Origin: a virus
Lineage: Duplodnaviria > Heunggongvirae > Uroviricota > Caudoviricetes
Direction: 5' to 3' (one strand)
Length of the DNA stretch: 64,000 nucleotides
IMG/VR virus record: IMGVR_UViG_3300030332_001481
Span: 227,486 to 291,485 of that record
Of this stretch, positions 60,360-64,000 are shown one piece after another (within the stretch, counting starts at the first letter, position 1; each line of letters starts with the position of its first letter). The notes beneath the pieces are model-generated. The model was not told the origin of the DNA. It made no database searches and saw only the letters and a program-made list of their open reading frames with translations. The position numbers and the translations under genes were made by a program.

Positions 60360-63300
60360 TCAGATATCGTCCAGCTCGTCCAGTCCCTCGATCTTGCTAT
60401 GAATCTGTACCAGGACCTCGGGGAGGACTGAGTTCTTGAAGTACTCAGCTACCTCGGGGCCCTTCTTGTACATCAAGGGCTTGATGAGAGACTCTGGGTC
60501 GACGCCATTACCGTAGAAGTTGCGTAGGGCAAGTTCCACCAGCTTGGCATGCAGAGTCTTCCTCTGTGCGTCGGTGAGGGAGCTGACCTGCAAGTGCCCA
60601 GGGGTGGCTGCCGGAGCCGGTGCGGGGGCCGCTTCCGGTGCGGGTGCCTGCTCTACTGGAGCAGATGCCGGCTCTGCCGGAGTCGGTACCTTTTTCTTCT
60701 TGGGGTACGCAGCGATAGTGGCAGTTGCGATGTCCTGGAACACTTGGATAAATGCCGCCAGCTCGTCAGCACTGAGTACTGATGTGACGTCCCCCTCCAC
60801 AAAGATCTTCGTACGAAGGTCTTCAAGGCTGAGAGAGTAGAGATCCTGAGGACCTAACAGGTCCTGTCGAAGCTTCGACAGCGCGTACAGAGCAGCGGTG
60901 TTGCCCTGGTGCTCCATGAACACCTTCTTCACAGTCTGGCCCGTAGGTACGAGGTTTGGAAGCTCACGATTGAGCAACCAAGCAGGAACCTGCGAGGCAG
61001 GGGCCGCCTCGGGCTCTTCTTCCTCAAGCTCAGGCTCTTCTTCCTCGTCGAAGTCGGGCTCTTCCTCAAGCTCCGGCTCTTCCTCAGGCTCTTCTGCCCC
61101 ATCGAAGTCCGGCTCTTCGTTGTCGAAGTCTGGAGCCGGCTCTTCTTCAGGCTCTTCAGGCTCTTCGGTCTCTTCTGCCTTGGGATCTTCTTCCGGCTCG
61201 GGGTGGAACCCATCGCCAGCTTCGAAGTCAGACATGAAGTCGTCTTCGTCACTCTCGGAGACCTGTACCTGGATCTGCTTGATCTTGTCGGCGAGGTCGG
61301 CGTTGCCGTTGTCGCGAACTTCCTTCTCGATGACCTCAAGCTCACGCACAGTCTCTTCACGTGACTGCTCGTCTACCTCTCCGCCCTCAGAGACTTCCGT
61401 CGCGATCTCCTGGATGTTCTCCTTGGCCTTGTCGAGGTCAGAAGCAAGCTCCTCGTCGCCGATCTCTCGTGCCTTCTCCTGCGCGTACTCAACCTCTTCA
61501 ATAAGCTCGGTACCGGAGACAGGTTCAAATTCCGCGAAGGGATCGTCGTCTACGCTGTCTTCGACCTTGTCGGCGAGTTCTTCCTCACCGTCCTCACGAA
61601 GATCCTCAACGACTTCCTCGACTACCTCTTCGGAGTCCTCAACCGTAGCGTCTGCGAGATCCTCAACCTCAGGTACTCGGATTCCGTCGACGATCTTACC
61701 GTCGGCGTCCGCAAGCCCATGGTCCTCTAGGAATGTCTGGATCTCAAGAATGTCGCCTATGTCAAGGTCCTCAGACGGGTTGTCTGTAAGGGCGTCAATT
61801 CCGTGGTCAATCAAGGCACGGAAGAGAATAGCCGTCTGCTGCGGGTCAGCTTCCATGGCGGCCACGTACTGATCAAAGATGGTGCCCTTGAGGTACTCCT
61901 GCTTGGCGTCTAGCGCCTCGTCCAGGTCACTCTGAGCCTCTTCTTCGACGTCAGAGGTGGGCGTGGCGGACTCTCCTGCCTCTTCCTCGACACTGTCGGT
62001 GGCGATCTCTTCCTCGGAGAGAACGTACTTGGCACAAGCCTGCTGCCAACGACGCTTCAGCTCCTCCCACATCTGCAGAAGGATCTTCCCCTCCTCGCCA
62101 GGGACCTGCTGAACCTCTGTAAGGAGGTCCGTCTCGGCCTGCTGGATGTCTCCCCAGGTGAACAGGTGAGTGCCGCCCATGGGAAGGTGAGCTGCTAGGA
62201 GGTTCTGAACGCTCTCGTTGAACGAGTCCAGAACGTCGGCCAGCACCCCAGGAGGAAGCTGAACCCACTCTCCGCCCTTGACTGCGATCTCTGGGATCTC
62301 CTGCTGAGCCGTCTCAATGTCGGAGACTTCCTCGACGTCCGCAGAGTCTGTAGTGGAAAGCTCCTCTTCGGCCTTATCAAAGTCCTCATCCGAAGGCTCA
62401 GGGGCCTCCTCTACGGGAGCCGAGTCTGTCTTGGCAAGGCTCTCCCCGGTGAGAGTACTCAAGGATAGAGACCTGGCCTCTTCCTTGGGAATGGAGGCGA
62501 CCCAGGAGAAGAACTCCGAGAACAGGGTTGCGTCAACCGGAGAATCCTCATCGGCGCTAAGGCGTGAGAGGATGTCCTTTGCGTTCATACCCTCTACATC
62601 GATTAGGTACTGAAGCTTCTTCAGCTCTGCTAGAGCTGCTTCCTTGTCGTCGAGATCCTCGGCGTACTCGAAGAAGCGGTCGAACATATCGGTGTAGTGA
62701 GTCTCCTCTTCAACCGGTGTGACCACGTCATCATCGGGGGAAGGAGCCTCTTCGTCAAACTGCTCTTCAACTGGAGTAACCGCAGGAGCGCCTTCACCGA
62801 ACAGAGAAGAGATACCCTCGTCGTCCAGGGAGTTCTGCAGGCCGAGCTTACGGTTCACCTGCGCGAGGTAGCTCCGCATGGACTGGAAAAGGAGGGCATG
62901 TGAGTCAGGCCCCTCAAGGCCGTACTTGGAGTCGTAATCCACAGCCCAGTCCAGGACCATGTCCAGGTTTCCGCCCTTCGACGCTACGTGACTCATCACC
63001 TTTAGCAAGCGATTCATCTTGGTAGTGGTCGCAGACGGTGGCTCAATGGCTTCCAACGACTCGTCACCCTCCTCCTTCGCCAGGAGTCGTGCCTCCTCCT
63101 TGAGGTTCCGGCGGAACGACCGCATGAACCGATCAAGATGCTCGCGGACGGGAACTACGCGGAGGTAGTCGTCGTAGGAGGGGAAACGCTTGTCGCCTGA
63201 GTAGAGGCCGGAGAAGTCAAACCCCTCTTCGCCCTGTGCATCAGGGTTGCGTGACAGGAACAGCTTGAGCTGCTTCACAATGGCCTGAACACGCTGGTGA

Positions 63301-64000
63301 GCGGGGCTCACCGAGGCGCCCTGGAGCTTCTTTTCCAGGTCTTCCAGTGAGAGGCCAGAGGTCAGCTTCCCGATTAGACCATGGAGTACCGCAGCTTCGT
63401 TCGCTGACTTGAGAGCTGGCTGCGCGTTGTGCAGAGTCTCGGCATCTTCAACTACGAACTGATCCTCAGCCTGGGGCTTTGTGATCTCGTCCTGCGACTC
63501 GGGAACAACATCCGTCTTCTGGTAGATGTCTGTGAGGTTGTAGACACCCGGCTTAACCTGAAGCTCGTCCAAGTTGTTGGCCAGGTAGTCTTCGACTGCC
63601 TCCAGGACTACATCCTGGTCGTCGAGCGCCATGCCCTTGGAGGGGCGAGGCTCGAACTCGTCGATGGGGTTCCCGTGGTACATGTGCTCCACGAGCTGGT
63701 CGATGAGGGCGCGGAACTGCTTCTGACGCAGCTGAAGAACCGCTGCCTTGTCCCCTGGGCGTACCGGGAGAGAGGCGTCTCGAATCTCCTCGAAGAGAGT
63801 CCGCTGTTCGCGCTTGGTGAAGTCCTTCTCGCGGGGAGTGAACTTCATCTTCTGGTCCTCGACCGGAACCGTCTGGAGCTTGGTCGTATCCCACTCAGAG
63901 GGGTTCTTGCCAAGTGCAGAGTAAAGAACCTTGGTTACGGCCGGGTAGATGCTGCTCTCAAGGTCAGAGAGTTCTCCCTTGAGGGAGTCTAGCTTCACCT
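60360..64000 (-). CDS. Very large acidic low-complexity protein (5' end probably outside window)
   Basis: More than 1200 aa, open to the window edge, with E/D/P-rich repeats. Confidence 0.8.
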   Translation of the reverse strand, partial: VKLDSLKGELSDLESSIYPAVTKVLYSALGKNPSEWDTTKLQTVPVEDQKMKFTPREKDFTKREQRTLFEEIRDASLPVRPGDKAAVLQLRQKQFRALIDQLVEHMYHGNPIDEFEPRPSKGMALDDQDVVLEAVEDYLANNLDELQVKPGVYNLTDIYQKTDVVPESQDEITKPQAEDQFVVEDAETLHNAQPALKSANEAAVLHGLIGKLTSGLSLEDLEKKLQGASVSPAHQRVQAIVKQLKLFLSRNPDAQGEEGFDFSGLYSGDKRFPSYDDYLRVVPVREHLDRFMRSFRRNLKEEARLLAKEEGDESLEAIEPPSATTTKMNRLLKVMSHVASKGGNLDMVLDWAVDYDSKYGLEGPDSHALLFQSMRSYLAQVNRKLGLQNSLDDEGISSLFGEGAPAVTPVEEQFDEEAPSPDDDVVTPVEEETHYTDMFDRFFEYAEDLDDKEAALAELKKLQYLIDVEGMNAKDILSRLSADEDSPVDATLFSEFFSWVASIPKEEARSLSLSTLTGESLAKTDSAPVEEAPEPSDEDFDKAEEELSTTDSADVEEVSDIETAQQEIPEIAVKGGEWVQLPPGVLADVLDSFNESVQNLLAAHLPMGGTHLFTWGDIQQAETDLLTEVQQVPGEEGKILLQMWEELKRRWQQACAKYVLSEEEIATDSVEEEAGESATPTSDVEEEAQSDLDEALDAKQEYLKGTIFDQYVAAMEADPQQTAILFRALIDHGIDALTDNPSEDLDIGDILEIQTFLEDHGLADADGKIVDGIRVPEVEDLADATVEDSEEVVEEVVEDLREDGEEELADKVEDSVDDDPFAEFEPVSGTELIEEVEYAQEKAREIGDEELASDLDKAKENIQEIATEVSEGGEVDEQSREETVRELEVIEKEVRDNGNADLADKIKQIQVQVSESDEDDFMSDFEAGDGFHPEPEEDPKAEETEEPEEPEEEPAPDFDNEEPDFDGAEEPEEEPELEEEPDFDEEEEPELEEEEPEAAPASQVPAWLLNRELPNLVPTGQTVKKVFMEHQGNTAALYALSKLRQDLLGPQDLYSLSLEDLRTKIFVEGDVTSVLSADELAAFIQVFQDIATATIAAYPKKKKVPTPAEPASAPVEQAPAPEAAPAPAPAATPGHLQVSSLTDAQRKTLHAKLVELALRNFYGNGVDPESLIKPLMYKKGPEVAEYFKNSVLPEVLVQIHSKIEGLDELDDI

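Noticed and set aside
60898-61872. Ser-rich 324 aa plus-strand ORF
   Set aside because: Antisense reflection of Glu/Asp codons in the giant acidic ORF.

Overview
The window looks like part of a large (jumbo-type) dsDNA bacteriophage genome with moderately high GC. Host-like genes (FmdB, IF-1, KhpA, ClpP) suggest a deltaproteobacterial or myxobacterial host, but that is inference. Positions 1-31 kb are a dense minus-strand block of small accessory genes (NADAR, DUF1643, ClpP, GIY-YIG, nucleotidyltransferase, aaRS-II-like, GNAT, MT-A70). Positions 31-46 kb are mixed-strand (RF-like, FmdB, AAA ATPase, DNA MTase, T5 A1 homolog). Positions 46.7-59.5 kb are a plus-strand replication module (FEN, dUTPase, SF2 helicase, DnaB, clamp-like, exonucleases), and the window ends in a giant acidic ORF. 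The standout is a co-oriented minus-strand locus at about 23.9-30.7 kb. It encodes a Ro60-like TROVE-vWA protein, a candidate E2-like protein, a JAB peptidase, a ubiquitin-like protein and a ThiF/E1 enzyme. Immediately downstream is a promoter- and terminator-bounded array of five 100-140 nt structured RNAs. Four of these are tRNA mimics in three different topologies (extended tRNA-Arg, circularly permuted YrlA-like, and two paralogs with a giant variable domain), and all four share a CYUACAMGCA motif. A repeated CCAACCCTGGCCAYACT promoter-like motif also occurs upstream of several minus-strand genes. All protein calls are motif recognition by eye; no searches were run.
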